Below are positions 7,418-14,670 of a DNA stretch of 20,000 nucleotides, one piece after another. Each line of letters begins with the position of its first letter. Position 1 is the first letter of the stretch. Position numbers and translations under genes: made by a program. The notes beneath the pieces are model-generated. The model was not told where the DNA came from. It saw nothing but the letters and a program-made list of their open reading frames with translations, and did no database searches. This DNA comes from an uncultured virus (IMG/VR IMGVR_UViG_3300048796_000130) (lineage: Duplodnaviria; Heunggongvirae; Uroviricota; Caudoviricetes), in IMG/VR virus record IMGVR_UViG_3300048796_000130; one strand, given 5' to 3'.

Positions 7418-7767
7418 AAAAATCCATCTGCAGACACTGCCTAGAGGAAATCGGGGAATGGCAAACCATCGAATTTCAAGACGGCCGGCATGTGGACGCG
7501 GGCCACTGGATGCACGCGCCCGACGATGGACCCGACGCCTACGCGGAGTGCCATTGCAAATGCTATGCCTGCAAACCGGACACAACTCTGGGCATTCACG
7601 ATCCCTGCCCAGCCGATTGCTGCGATGGGGAAGAAGCAGAGCCCCTTGACCCTTTTCTCTTCCTCGCCAAAGCCAAGCAGCACCTGGCCAATCACCAGCC
7701 GATGACCTGGGGCGACGAGCTGGCCTGGATCATCTGCGACGAATTGCAGAACGGGGTGAAACAATGA
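7414..7767 (+). CDS. Cys/His-rich hypothetical protein, 117 aa
   Basis: ATGA overlaps and motifs CRHC...CHCKCYAC...HDPCPADCC. Confidence 0.7.
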   Translation: MKKSICRHCLEEIGEWQTIEFQDGRHVDAGHWMHAPDDGPDAYAECHCKCYACKPDTTLGIHDPCPADCCDGEEAEPLDPFLFLAKAKQHLANHQPMTWGDELAWIICDELQNGVKQ

Positions 7768-7946
7768 CCGACCCCCGCCAGCTCGCCTACCTCAACCTCT
7801 ACGGCGTGGTGCTTCACGCCATCGGCAACTTGAACTTAAACGATCCCCCGGCCGCCCTGAGAACCCTGATGGAAGGGCTGGAGTTTTTCAACCGAGTCCC
7901 CCAATCGCAAAACAATTCGCAGTCTGCGGCTAAGGAGGCCGCGTAA
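7764..7946 (+). CDS. Hypothetical protein, 60 aa
   Basis: ATGA overlap. The 3' end carries the AAGGAGG RBS of the next gene. Confidence 0.7.
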   Translation: MTDPRQLAYLNLYGVVLHAIGNLNLNDPPAALRTLMEGLEFFNRVPQSQNNSQSAAKEAA

Positions 7947-7948
7947 TT

Positions 7949-9259
7949 ATGCCGTTCAAACTAGCAACCAAGGAAATCGGTTTCGTGAAAGCCAGCATGT
8001 TCGGGCCGAAGGGCACGGGCAAAACCACCATGATGGCCATGTTTCTCATCCACCTGTCAAAGACCTACCACAACTCCGCGCCTGTCGCCTGGTTGGCGTC
8101 GGAAAAGGGCGTCGATTTCGTGCTCGACATCTTCAAGGCAGAGGGAGTGCCGCTGCTGCTCAATCGTTCGCGCTCATTTCTCGATCTGCGGAACGCATCG
8201 AGGGATGCCGTGAGTGAAGGGGCGTGCGCGATCGGCGTCGATTCAGTGTCGCATTTCTGGCAAGACTTGTTCACGGCAGGGATGAAATCAAGCGGACCGC
8301 GTCTGGCTCGGATCGGCAAGATTAAGGAAGAGTGGGCGCCGTTCGCCCAGGACTATCAAGACTCCGCGATTCACTGGATCGTGACCGGACGCATGGGCTT
8401 CGTGTGGGATGAAATCGAAATGCCCGACGATCAAGGCAACATGCAGAAAGAAATCTCCAAGGCAGGGACGAAGATCAAGGCGGAGGGCGACTTCGGCCAC
8501 GAGCCCGACCTTGAAATCGAGACCGCACAGATGGACGATCCGGACCTGGTCAGGTTCGACAAGGTGCACGGACGGGCGCGGCGCAACTTCAAGAGCCAGA
8601 TGATCCACGTCGCCACCGTAAAAAAGTGCCGCGTGTGGTCACTCAATGGCCGAGCATTTACCTGGAAGGATCAAACAGCCTACAAAGTCGGTTACTACCA
8701 GAAAGTCGCGGAGCCGTTCAAAGAGTACTTCGATTCTCTTGGCGTCGGCGGCGCTCACGCGGTCACGAAATCAGAGCGCACCGGCAACTCCAGCGCCGTA
8801 CTGTTCAATTCCGGCTCGGAACACAGCGCCCACGAAGCCAGCATTCAGCGCAAGTGCTTCCTGGAGGAGCTCGACAACCTGCTCTCCCACTGCTTCCCCG
8901 GCGGCGAGAAACGCTCAAAGCTGGACGCCATGTACCGCAACCTGACCTTGGAATTCCTGAACGGCTACACGTCCTGGTCCCGCATGGAAGAGGAAGTCCC
9001 CACCATCAACCTGAAACGCAACGTGGAAATCATCAAGGCTCTGCGCGCACGGCTCGATAAGGGCGAGAAGATCACAGACCAAGCTTCCCTCGCCGGACTG
9101 CTTCATCTCTCCTCCGATGATGTTCTCAAACCGGGGCACGGCGTCACGCTGCTCGAACTGATGACAGCGAAGAGTCTCGAACAGGTTCAACCTAAGGGAC
9201 CGCAACCCATCGTGCCGGAACTCGACCGCTGGCCGGAGCGGGAGATGGCTGGAGACTAG
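7949..9259 (+). CDS. Phage AAA_24 / Sak4-like P-loop ATPase (putative recombination/annealing protein)
   Basis: Walker A GPKGTGKTT near the N-terminus, IGVDSVSHFW Walker B and KIKAEGDFGHEPDL motif. Early-region context. Confidence 0.75.
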   Translation: MPFKLATKEIGFVKASMFGPKGTGKTTMMAMFLIHLSKTYHNSAPVAWLASEKGVDFVLDIFKAEGVPLLLNRSRSFLDLRNASRDAVSEGACAIGVDSVSHFWQDLFTAGMKSSGPRLARIGKIKEEWAPFAQDYQDSAIHWIVTGRMGFVWDEIEMPDDQGNMQKEISKAGTKIKAEGDFGHEPDLEIETAQMDDPDLVRFDKVHGRARRNFKSQMIHVATVKKCRVWSLNGRAFTWKDQTAYKVGYYQKVAEPFKEYFDSLGVGGAHAVTKSERTGNSSAVLFNSGSEHSAHEASIQRKCFLEELDNLLSHCFPGGEKRSKLDAMYRNLTLEFLNGYTSWSRMEEEVPTINLKRNVEIIKALRARLDKGEKITDQASLAGLLHLSSDDVLKPGHGVTLLELMTAKSLEQVQPKGPQPIVPELDRWPEREMAGD

Positions 9260-9368
9260 CAGGCTTCCCGGCCCTTCGAACGGCTTGCGGACACCGGGGA
9301 CAAACCAGAAGGCTTGAGGGAGGGGCAAGCCTTCGATATAACAAATTTCTTATACGAGGAGAAACTTC

Positions 9369-9584
9369 ATGCCCTGCGAAACCGAAATCTGGAAACACGC
9401 CAAGAACTCAACCACCGAATGCGCCCGACCGCCCATCGTTCACTGCGTCGAATGCCGGGGCGGAATCTGCTCGGCGCATATCATCGAATGCGAAGTGTGC
9501 AACCTGTTTTTACATCAACACTGCGCCTTCGAGCACTATAAAGAACATGAGCGGCTTACCCGGCAGATGGGGAATGCAGCGTAA
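9369..9584 (+). CDS. Small Zn-finger protein (B-box-like Cys/His spacing)
   Basis: GAGGAG RBS and motifs C..HCVECRGGICSAHIIECEVCNLFLHQHCAFEH. Confidence 0.75.
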   Translation: MPCETEIWKHAKNSTTECARPPIVHCVECRGGICSAHIIECEVCNLFLHQHCAFEHYKEHERLTRQMGNAA

Positions 9585-9594
9585 GGAGACCAAC

Positions 9595-9672
9595 ATGGAA
9601 CTGCACATCGAAACATCAGGGCTGGTCGGAGATCGGCTCTTAAGGAAGGAGAAAAATCCAAGATGGCCCTAG
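9595..9672 (+). pseudogene. Truncated duplicate of the 5' end of gene 10040-10357 (MELHIETSGLVGDRL...)
   Basis: 9595-9641 is identical to 10040-10086 at 46 of 47 nt and has the same AAGGAGACCAA leader. It then switches abruptly to AAGGAAGGAGA and stops after 25 codons. Confidence 0.8.
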
Positions 9673-9986
9673 AATCTGCTGGAGATGGTGGAGAGGATGA
9701 ACCGATGACCATCAAGATTTTTGAAGTCGCCGAAGACGAATGGGTAGCAGCCGAGACGCCAGAACAGGCCGCGAACTTTTATCGGCACTTGGTAAGCGAG
9801 TCCACTTACACCGAAATACTCGAAGAATTCGGCCAACCAGTCGAAGTGACGCCGGAGCAAATGAGCAGAATGAAATGGTGTGATCACGACGCGGATCCGC
9901 CGCACTGCGTCACGTTCGCCGACCGGCTAAACGAACTACTCACGGAGAGCGGGCGATTTCCCCAAGCTTTTGCGAGTGTTGTATGA
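9663..9986 (+). CDS. Hypothetical acidic phage protein (alternative start at 9705)
   Basis: AAGGAG RBS. IFEVAEDEWVAAETPEQA pattern. Confidence 0.75.
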   Translation: MALESAGDGGEDEPMTIKIFEVAEDEWVAAETPEQAANFYRHLVSESTYTEILEEFGQPVEVTPEQMSRMKWCDHDADPPHCVTFADRLNELLTESGRFPQAFASVV

Positions 9987-10039
9987 CCCTCCCTCCCAAC
10001 ATCGCCGCCTGGCCCGCTCCCCAAGGAAGGAGACCAATT

Positions 10040-10357
10040 ATGGAACTGCACATCGAAACATCAGGGCTGGTCGGGGATCGGCTCTTCATCAACGATAAGC
10101 ACGGCGTCACCGTGGCGGAGGTACACGTTCTGGCACGGGACGCCGCGCCACTCATCACCAACGCGGTGAATACTCACGCGGAGCTGGTCCAAGCACTTGA
10201 ATACCAACTGTGTCCCATCTGCCAGCACACCTTAGCCATGCACGCCACAACCAAAGACGGGTGTCAGGCCGTTCCCCACAACGAGCCATGCGGTTGCGAT
10301 GGTAGTCAATCCATCTCGGCAATCGCCGCGCTCAGGAAAGCAACGTTGGTTAGTTAA
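10040..10357 (+). CDS. Small phage protein of the 'AAAPDLLEAL / AVNxHxxLVxAL' type
   Basis: Repeat-borne RBS. DAAPLITNAVNTHAELVQALE...AALRKA. An in-frame upstream start at 9983 is also possible. Confidence 0.8.
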   Translation: MELHIETSGLVGDRLFINDKHGVTVAEVHVLARDAAPLITNAVNTHAELVQALEYQLCPICQHTLAMHATTKDGCQAVPHNEPCGCDGSQSISAIAALRKATLVS

Positions 10358-10432
10358 TCCCGCGCTCCCCAAGGAAGGAACGCACAACGAAGTTCTAGCA
10401 AGCGCGTTAGGCGCGCACTGAGGAGACCAACG

Positions 10433-10945
10433 ATGGAAAAAGGAATGACGCAATTGCAAACAAATCATCTGGAGATTGCGGCACAAACTTGGGTCAACGA
10501 AAAAGGCAGAGAGATCGGCGGGATCGTCGTGGGGGACGCACTCAGTAAGGCTGGTGCGGACATTCAGGCTCTCGACTTGAAATCCATCAGCGAAGCCGAA
10601 AATTATGCCCGTCGCTTTCTCGCTGCATGGCTGAAGAACTGCGTCATTGAATTCGTGCGCGGCTACGTCTCGGACGTTGAGGAACAGGCCCTCCAGATCG
10701 AGAAATTGCTGCGCGATCATCTAGATACAAGCCTGACATCACCGTTCGTCTGCGGCCAGCCGGAACGCGATGCGAAACTGCTCGCCGAAGCACAGACGGA
10801 GATGCTTGCGGCCATCGAAGCCGTATTGCCCTACCTGCCCGACAGAAACGACGCCAAAGACTATGCCTCCACAAACGAAGGACGCGCCAGCAGCTTTCAA
10901 GTCGCAGCAATCAAACTTCGCGAAGTCTATGACCGCAACAAATGA
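10433..10945 (+). CDS. Hypothetical protein, 170 aa, with an AAAPDLL-like helix (RDAKLLAEAQTEMLAAIEAVL)
   Basis: GAGGAG RBS within a repeat copy. Confidence 0.8.
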   Translation: MEKGMTQLQTNHLEIAAQTWVNEKGREIGGIVVGDALSKAGADIQALDLKSISEAENYARRFLAAWLKNCVIEFVRGYVSDVEEQALQIEKLLRDHLDTSLTSPFVCGQPERDAKLLAEAQTEMLAAIEAVLPYLPDRNDAKDYASTNEGRASSFQVAAIKLREVYDRNK

Positions 10946-10963
10946 AGGAATAGGAGACCAACG

Positions 10964-11248
10964 ATGGAAACGAAGCATACACCGGGGCCGTGGCACCTCG
11001 ACGACGAAGCGCAACCCGATTACGTTTTCTCTCGCGACATGAAGATGATTGCGACGCTGCGCGGTGAGGGTGATGAACTTCCGTTAATTGCCAATGCCCG
11101 TCTAATCGCCGCCGCGCCGGACCTGCTCGAAGCACTGGAGCACATGGTAGCGGTTTCGAATTGGGCAACGACCATCCAGAGCGAAGAACAGTACGACGCA
11201 ATGATCACCAAAGCCGAGGCTGCAATCCGCAAAGCCAAAGGGGAGTGA
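10964..11248 (+). CDS. Small phage protein 'KHTPGPW...ANARLIAAAPDLLEALE...AAIRKAKGE'
   Basis: Widely seen phage motif set, with an AGGAG RBS. Confidence 0.9.
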   Translation: METKHTPGPWHLDDEAQPDYVFSRDMKMIATLRGEGDELPLIANARLIAAAPDLLEALEHMVAVSNWATTIQSEEQYDAMITKAEAAIRKAKGE

Positions 11249-11300
11249 TCCCCCGCGTAAATAAATTCTGCGGATTCGAGATTCCGCACTGAGGAGAACA

Positions 11301-11612
11301 ATGATGCCAAAACCGCGAAAAGAATGGCGAGTAGACGAACGAGAGGATGTAATGATTGCTCGCGTGTACGGGCCATCTCATGCCGATGGCTATGAGTATG
11401 CTTCACTTTTTGAGACCGCCGATAAATCAATGGCTAGAATGGTCGTCCGGGCCGTTAATTCGCACGCGGACCTGCTCGAAGCAGTGAAAGCCGCACTGCC
11501 TTTATTGGACTACCCGCGCCATTTGATGGGCCACGAGGACTGCCCCGGTTGCCGGGCCCAAGAAGTAGCGAAACAGATCAAAACCGCCCTTGCGAAAGTC
11601 AAAGGGGAGTGA
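11301..11612 (+). CDS. Paralogous small phage protein (VRAVNSHADLLEAVKAAL...ALAKVKGE)
   Basis: GAGGAG RBS and motifs shared with 10040 and 10964. Confidence 0.85.
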   Translation: MMPKPRKEWRVDEREDVMIARVYGPSHADGYEYASLFETADKSMARMVVRAVNSHADLLEAVKAALPLLDYPRHLMGHEDCPGCRAQEVAKQIKTALAKVKGE

Positions 11613-11644
11613 TCCCGCGCTCCCCAAGAAAGGAGAAAAGTCGA

Positions 11645-11869
11645 ATGCACTTCAACACCTGCCGATTCTGTAAAGACAATGATCTTAACCGAACCGTGTT
11701 CCGCTATGGCATTCGTCACTACTGCCACGCCGAATGCGGCTTCCAGCGCTGGGGCAATGAGTTTCTACAAAAGATTCCCGCTCACGAAATCGGCAACATT
11801 CCATTTCGCTTGATCCTGAGCAGTCCTGAGCGTCGAGCACTTGCCCAAGAAAGAACACAATGCCTGTGA
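11645..11869 (+). CDS. Small Zn-binding hypothetical protein (CRFC...HYCHAEC)
   Basis: The ATG follows the AAGGAG of a repeat copy. Confidence 0.75.
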   Translation: MHFNTCRFCKDNDLNRTVFRYGIRHYCHAECGFQRWGNEFLQKIPAHEIGNIPFRLILSSPERRALAQERTQCL

Positions 11870-12066
11870 TTGCGAAAATTCCGCTCGGCTCCCGAATCCT
11901 GCTTTTTCGGACCGTGACACCAACCAACTCTTTCATCGCCTCGCCGGAATATTTTACGCGCTTCGGTCGAATTATTCCGGCGCTGAAACGCGGACCGTTT
12001 TATTTTACCGGCCTCATTTCTTGGAAGTGGGGCGAAATTGAATTATCACTGAAACGCTGGTTGTGA
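11860..12066 (+). CDS. Hypothetical protein, 68 aa
   Basis: Overlaps the previous stop by 10 nt. Its TGA is the start of the next repeat copy. Confidence 0.55.
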   Translation: MPVIAKIPLGSRILLFRTVTPTNSFIASPEYFTRFGRIIPALKRGPFYFTGLISWKWGEIELSLKRWL

Positions 12067-12097
12067 TCCCGCGCTCCCCAAGGAAGGAGAACCAACG

Positions 12098-12280
12098 ATG
12101 ATTTTGAACCATAAACAGCGCCAAGCTATTCTCGCCCGAGTCGGCGACTTAGAAGACGATATATACCGCTGCAAGATGGGACTAGGGCGTGGAGGGCAGT
12201 CAGCGTCAGAAAAAGCCTCACTGGCGGAGAGAATTGCACGCGCCGAAAACCTTATCGCCAAGCTGAAGGAAGGACTGTGA
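12098..12280 (+). CDS. Hypothetical helical protein, 60 aa
   Basis: Repeat-borne RBS and GTGA overlap with the next gene. Confidence 0.75.
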   Translation: MILNHKQRQAILARVGDLEDDIYRCKMGLGRGGQSASEKASLAERIARAENLIAKLKEGL

Positions 12281-12627
12281 ATTTGCGCCGCCGCCCCATC
12301 CCGCGCTCCAAACCCAAACCAGAATTCTCCCAGCACTACGAGACCATTCTGGACGGAGCCGTTCTTCGCTACTTCGCCGACGGCAGGGAAGTGTGCGTAG
12401 ACAACAAAGCCGGCTGGATCGAATACAAGCGCAGAGTTTCCGTGATGGTCCAGCGCCAAGGACGCCGTTGCTGCCTCTGTGAGAAGCCCCTGGCGCTGGG
12501 AAATGCCACTTTTGAGCACCAACGCCGCCGCGGCATGGGAGCGGCGTGGAGAGACGACCGGATTACAAAGGACGGGGAGGACTGGAACGGGGCGGCGCAC
12601 TGGGTGTGCAATGGGGAGAGGGGCTAG
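12277..12627 (+). CDS. HNH-endonuclease-like protein
   Basis: QGRRCCLCEKPL...ATFEH...NGAAHWVCNGERG fits the CxxC..EH..N..HxxCN pattern. Confidence 0.75.
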   Translation: MNLRRRPIPRSKPKPEFSQHYETILDGAVLRYFADGREVCVDNKAGWIEYKRRVSVMVQRQGRRCCLCEKPLALGNATFEHQRRRGMGAAWRDDRITKDGEDWNGAAHWVCNGERG

Positions 12628-12902
12628 ATGAACTTTCCGCGCTGCCGAATAAACATCTGCGCTTTTTCAATCGTGGCCCATGCTTCGGAACATTCCATTA
12701 ACTCGCTGATTTCAGGAGCCGTCGCTTGCCGGAGCGTTAGATCAGCACGGTAAATCAGTACCTGTCCGCAGTTTATGCAAATGCTGTAATCCCCCAACTC
12801 CGGTATATGATCCGCCCCACGTGCAATCGTTGCCGCATCGAGTTTGTAATCACACTGCGGACAATGCGATTCAACTAATTTGTAAGATGGAAATTGGCTC
12901 AC
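12624..12902 (-). CDS. Zn-ribbon hypothetical protein (CPQC...CINCG)
   Basis: GTGA overlap upstream. It converges on the HNH gene with a shared CTAG. Confidence 0.75.
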   Translation of the reverse strand: MSQFPSYKLVESHCPQCDYKLDAATIARGADHIPELGDYSICINCGQVLIYRADLTLRQATAPEISELMECSEAWATIEKAQMFIRQRGKFI

Positions 12903-13129
12903 CCTTCCTCCCTCCCTATCTTCTCCCGCTCCCCAACTTCCGAAATTTCATAAGGCGTGTAAGACAGATTGCCTTCGTTGAGGCGGTTCAGCAGAGACAG
13001 CAACCGCACACCTTTCTTCTCTTTGTCCCACGTCATAGCCGTGAACGCACCAAGCGCCATTAAAACGATGTCGTAATCTTTCCGGCTCATCGTGAGGATT
13101 ACTTGGCCGTTCTCTTCGGAGTAGCTCAT
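12899..13129 (-). CDS. Hypothetical protein (MSYSEENGQVILTMS...)
   Basis: ATGA overlap with the methyltransferase stop and a GGAGG RBS. Confidence 0.7.
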   Translation of the reverse strand: MSYSEENGQVILTMSRKDYDIVLMALGAFTAMTWDKEKKGVRLLSLLNRLNEGNLSYTPYEISEVGEREKIGREEG

Positions 13130-14508
13130 CGGCAGGCCTCCAGACATACTCTTATGAACTCCGCCGCAACTTGCGGAACGATTGCATCGCCGTATCCGCG
13201 CAGACAGAGAACTCGATGGGAAGCCCCATGAGCCAGCGGGAATATTCCGGGTTCAATTGGCCGGTACTTTTCGTCGCGGGCGTGCCACCAGTCGCAGTCG
13301 CCCCAGAATCCGCGAGTTGCGCCTGCCTCGGCAACTGATCGAGCCGTGAGCGGATCGAGCCATCCGGGTCCACGCCAGTCTCGGATAAGGTTACTTGTGC
13401 GCTCAGAGCTTTGCCCCGTTTGTGATTCCAGCGGGCTTCGTTGTATTCGTCCGTTGCGCTCTCCGAACGGTAATCCCTGGCCGTAGGGCTGGCTACCGAA
13501 CAGAGATTCGTCGCGCTCTGCAACGTGAAGTGGAATCCCGTCCTGCCTCCCGGTCCCCCGTCCGCATTCTGAGCTGCGGGTGTCGGTATCGTCGCCAGTT
13601 CCACTATCTTCCGCGAGTAGTCGTTGTTCCCCGCTGCGTTGTAGGTCTCCGTGGCTGGGGAGCCTGCCATTGGAGTTGGGACTGAGGCCAGTCTCGCGGT
13701 GTCGCACAATGCCAGACCATAATCCCTCCCTTCCGCCGTCACCATTCGCCCGCGTTCGTTCAGTACATTGTGACCCATCAGCGTCGGATGATCGTCCTGC
13801 TTGCGCGGTATCGGCACACTGCTTAGTTCCGCCACGTTCGATAGATCGTGCGGGAAGTAGTGGTGATCCGCTTCGGTGTTCCCCCGTGTCCGTTCGTCGT
13901 GCTTCTGGGGAGTCGGGACTGCGCTCAACATCGCTATTCCATCCAAATCCATCCCGCCCGTATGCGTCTCTGTCGATTTCGCGTTCGGGCCGCCGCTCGG
14001 CGTGTTGGGCGTGGGCACAGAAGTACAGCCTTTGCCGGATGTGCGGCGCACCGACGCTGCACGCTCCAAGTACCGCCGCCCCAACGGAGTACGCCGCCGC
14101 TTCCAGGTCAACGTAAACAAGGTCGAGCCAGCCGTGTCCAATCGCGCTAGCAACCTGCTCTCCAAAGATTGTTGCAGGGCGGCACTCCCCGATGAGGCGT
14201 GACCAATGTGGCCAGAGGTGGCGAGGGTCTGCAAACCCTTTGCCTTTTCCTGCGGCGCTGAAGCTGGGACAGGGGCAACTTCCCGTCCAAACAGGTCGGT
14301 CATCGGGCCATCCCGCGAGACGCAGGGCGTAGCTCCAGACTCCAATGCCGGCGAAGAAATGGCACTGCCTGAATCCCCGTAACTCTTCGGCTCGAATTTC
14401 TGCGATGCTTCGCTCATCCACTTCTCCCGGTGCCACGATGTTACGGCGAATTAATTCTCGAAGCCATGCGGCTTTCTGCGGATCGTTTTCGTTGTAATAG
14501 ACACTCAC
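13126..14508 (-). CDS. Phage C5 DNA cytosine methyltransferase (catalytic, alpha-type chain)
   Basis: Motif I FFAGIG, motif IV GSCPCPSFSAAG, motif VI GEQV, motif VIII HIRQRLYF and motif X LRGYGDAIVPQVA. No motif IX is seen in this frame. Confidence 0.92.
   Translation of the reverse strand: MSVYYNENDPQKAAWLRELIRRNIVAPGEVDERSIAEIRAEELRGFRQCHFFAGIGVWSYALRLAGWPDDRPVWTGSCPCPSFSAAGKGKGFADPRHLWPHWSRLIGECRPATIFGEQVASAIGHGWLDLVYVDLEAAAYSVGAAVLGACSVGAPHIRQRLYFCAHAQHAERRPEREIDRDAYGRDGFGWNSDVERSPDSPEARRTDTGEHRSGSPLLPARSIERGGTKQCADTAQAGRSSDADGSQCTERTRANGDGGREGLWSGIVRHRETGLSPNSNGRLPSHGDLQRSGEQRLLAEDSGTGDDTDTRSSECGRGTGRQDGIPLHVAERDESLFGSQPYGQGLPFGERNGRIQRSPLESQTGQSSERTSNLIRDWRGPGWLDPLTARSVAEAGATRGFWGDCDWWHARDEKYRPIEPGIFPLAHGASHRVLCLRGYGDAIVPQVAAEFIRVCLEACR
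13152..14417 (-). CDS. Nested +1-frame gene: probable beta chain of the methyltransferase, with tandem PTP repeats and a motif IX-like segment
   Basis: 421 stop-free codons, GGGAGA before ATG 14417, six (L/C)xx(V/I)PTP-like units, and C-terminal GQLNPEYSRWLMGLP. Confidence 0.8.
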   Translation of the reverse strand: MSEASQKFEPKSYGDSGSAISSPALESGATPCVSRDGPMTDLFGREVAPVPASAPQEKAKGLQTLATSGHIGHASSGSAALQQSLESRLLARLDTAGSTLFTLTWKRRRTPLGRRYLERAASVRRTSGKGCTSVPTPNTPSGGPNAKSTETHTGGMDLDGIAMLSAVPTPQKHDERTRGNTEADHHYFPHDLSNVAELSSVPIPRKQDDHPTLMGHNVLNERGRMVTAEGRDYGLALCDTARLASVPTPMAGSPATETYNAAGNNDYSRKIVELATIPTPAAQNADGGPGGRTGFHFTLQSATNLCSVASPTARDYRSESATDEYNEARWNHKRGKALSAQVTLSETGVDPDGSIRSRLDQLPRQAQLADSGATATGGTPATKSTGQLNPEYSRWLMGLPIEFSVCADTAMQSFRKLRRSS

Positions 14509-14670
14509 TCAACCCTCCTCGACGGGACACTCGCAAAACTTCCCATTACCCAGATAGAAGCGGCAAGTCTCCGCTCCCGGTGAATGTTCGTGAGAGCAAT
14601 CGGGGCAGGTGTAATCCCGGATGGGGCGCGCGGCGGCGAGTAAGCGGGATGAAGAATTCGATTTTTCCAT
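14509..14670 (-). CDS. Small Zn-finger protein (CPDCSHEH...C...CEC)
   Basis: TGATG coupling upstream; abuts the methyltransferase start. Confidence 0.65.
   Translation of the reverse strand: MEKSNSSSRLLAAARPIRDYTCPDCSHEHSPGAETCRFYLGNGKFCECPVEEG

Larger units (their letters stand above)
10015..12100 (+). repeat. Dispersed intergenic repeat, consensus (stop)TRATCCCGCGCTCCCCAAGRAAGGAGA-(CCAACG)-ATG
   Basis: Strong copies at 10015-10042, 10355-10379, 11610-11636 and 12064-12100. Partial copies at 9582-9597, 9642-9652, 10414-10435, 10943-10966, 11246-11258 and 11285-11303. Confidence 0.9.

Noticed and set aside
9595..10086. Diversity-generating retroelement TR/VR pair
   Set aside because: The duplicate is only 47 nt with a single difference, lies at a gene 5' end, and no reverse transcriptase is in the window.
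10381..10413. Integron attC-like site (CGCACAACG ... CGTTAGGCG, containing GTTAGGC)
   Set aside because: It is only 33 nt, below the usual attC length, has no L boxes, occurs once, and no integron integrase is in the window. At most it is a remnant.
10015..12100. CRISPR array interpretation of the intergenic repeats
   Set aside because: The repeats are separated by whole ORFs of 300-1200 nt rather than 30-40-nt spacers, they contain an RBS, and no cas genes are present.
13126..14508. Frameshifted or pseudogene explanation for the two methyltransferase frames
   Set aside because: Both frames are open over the whole overlap, and the outer frame has both N-terminal motifs and motif X, so no frameshift is needed.
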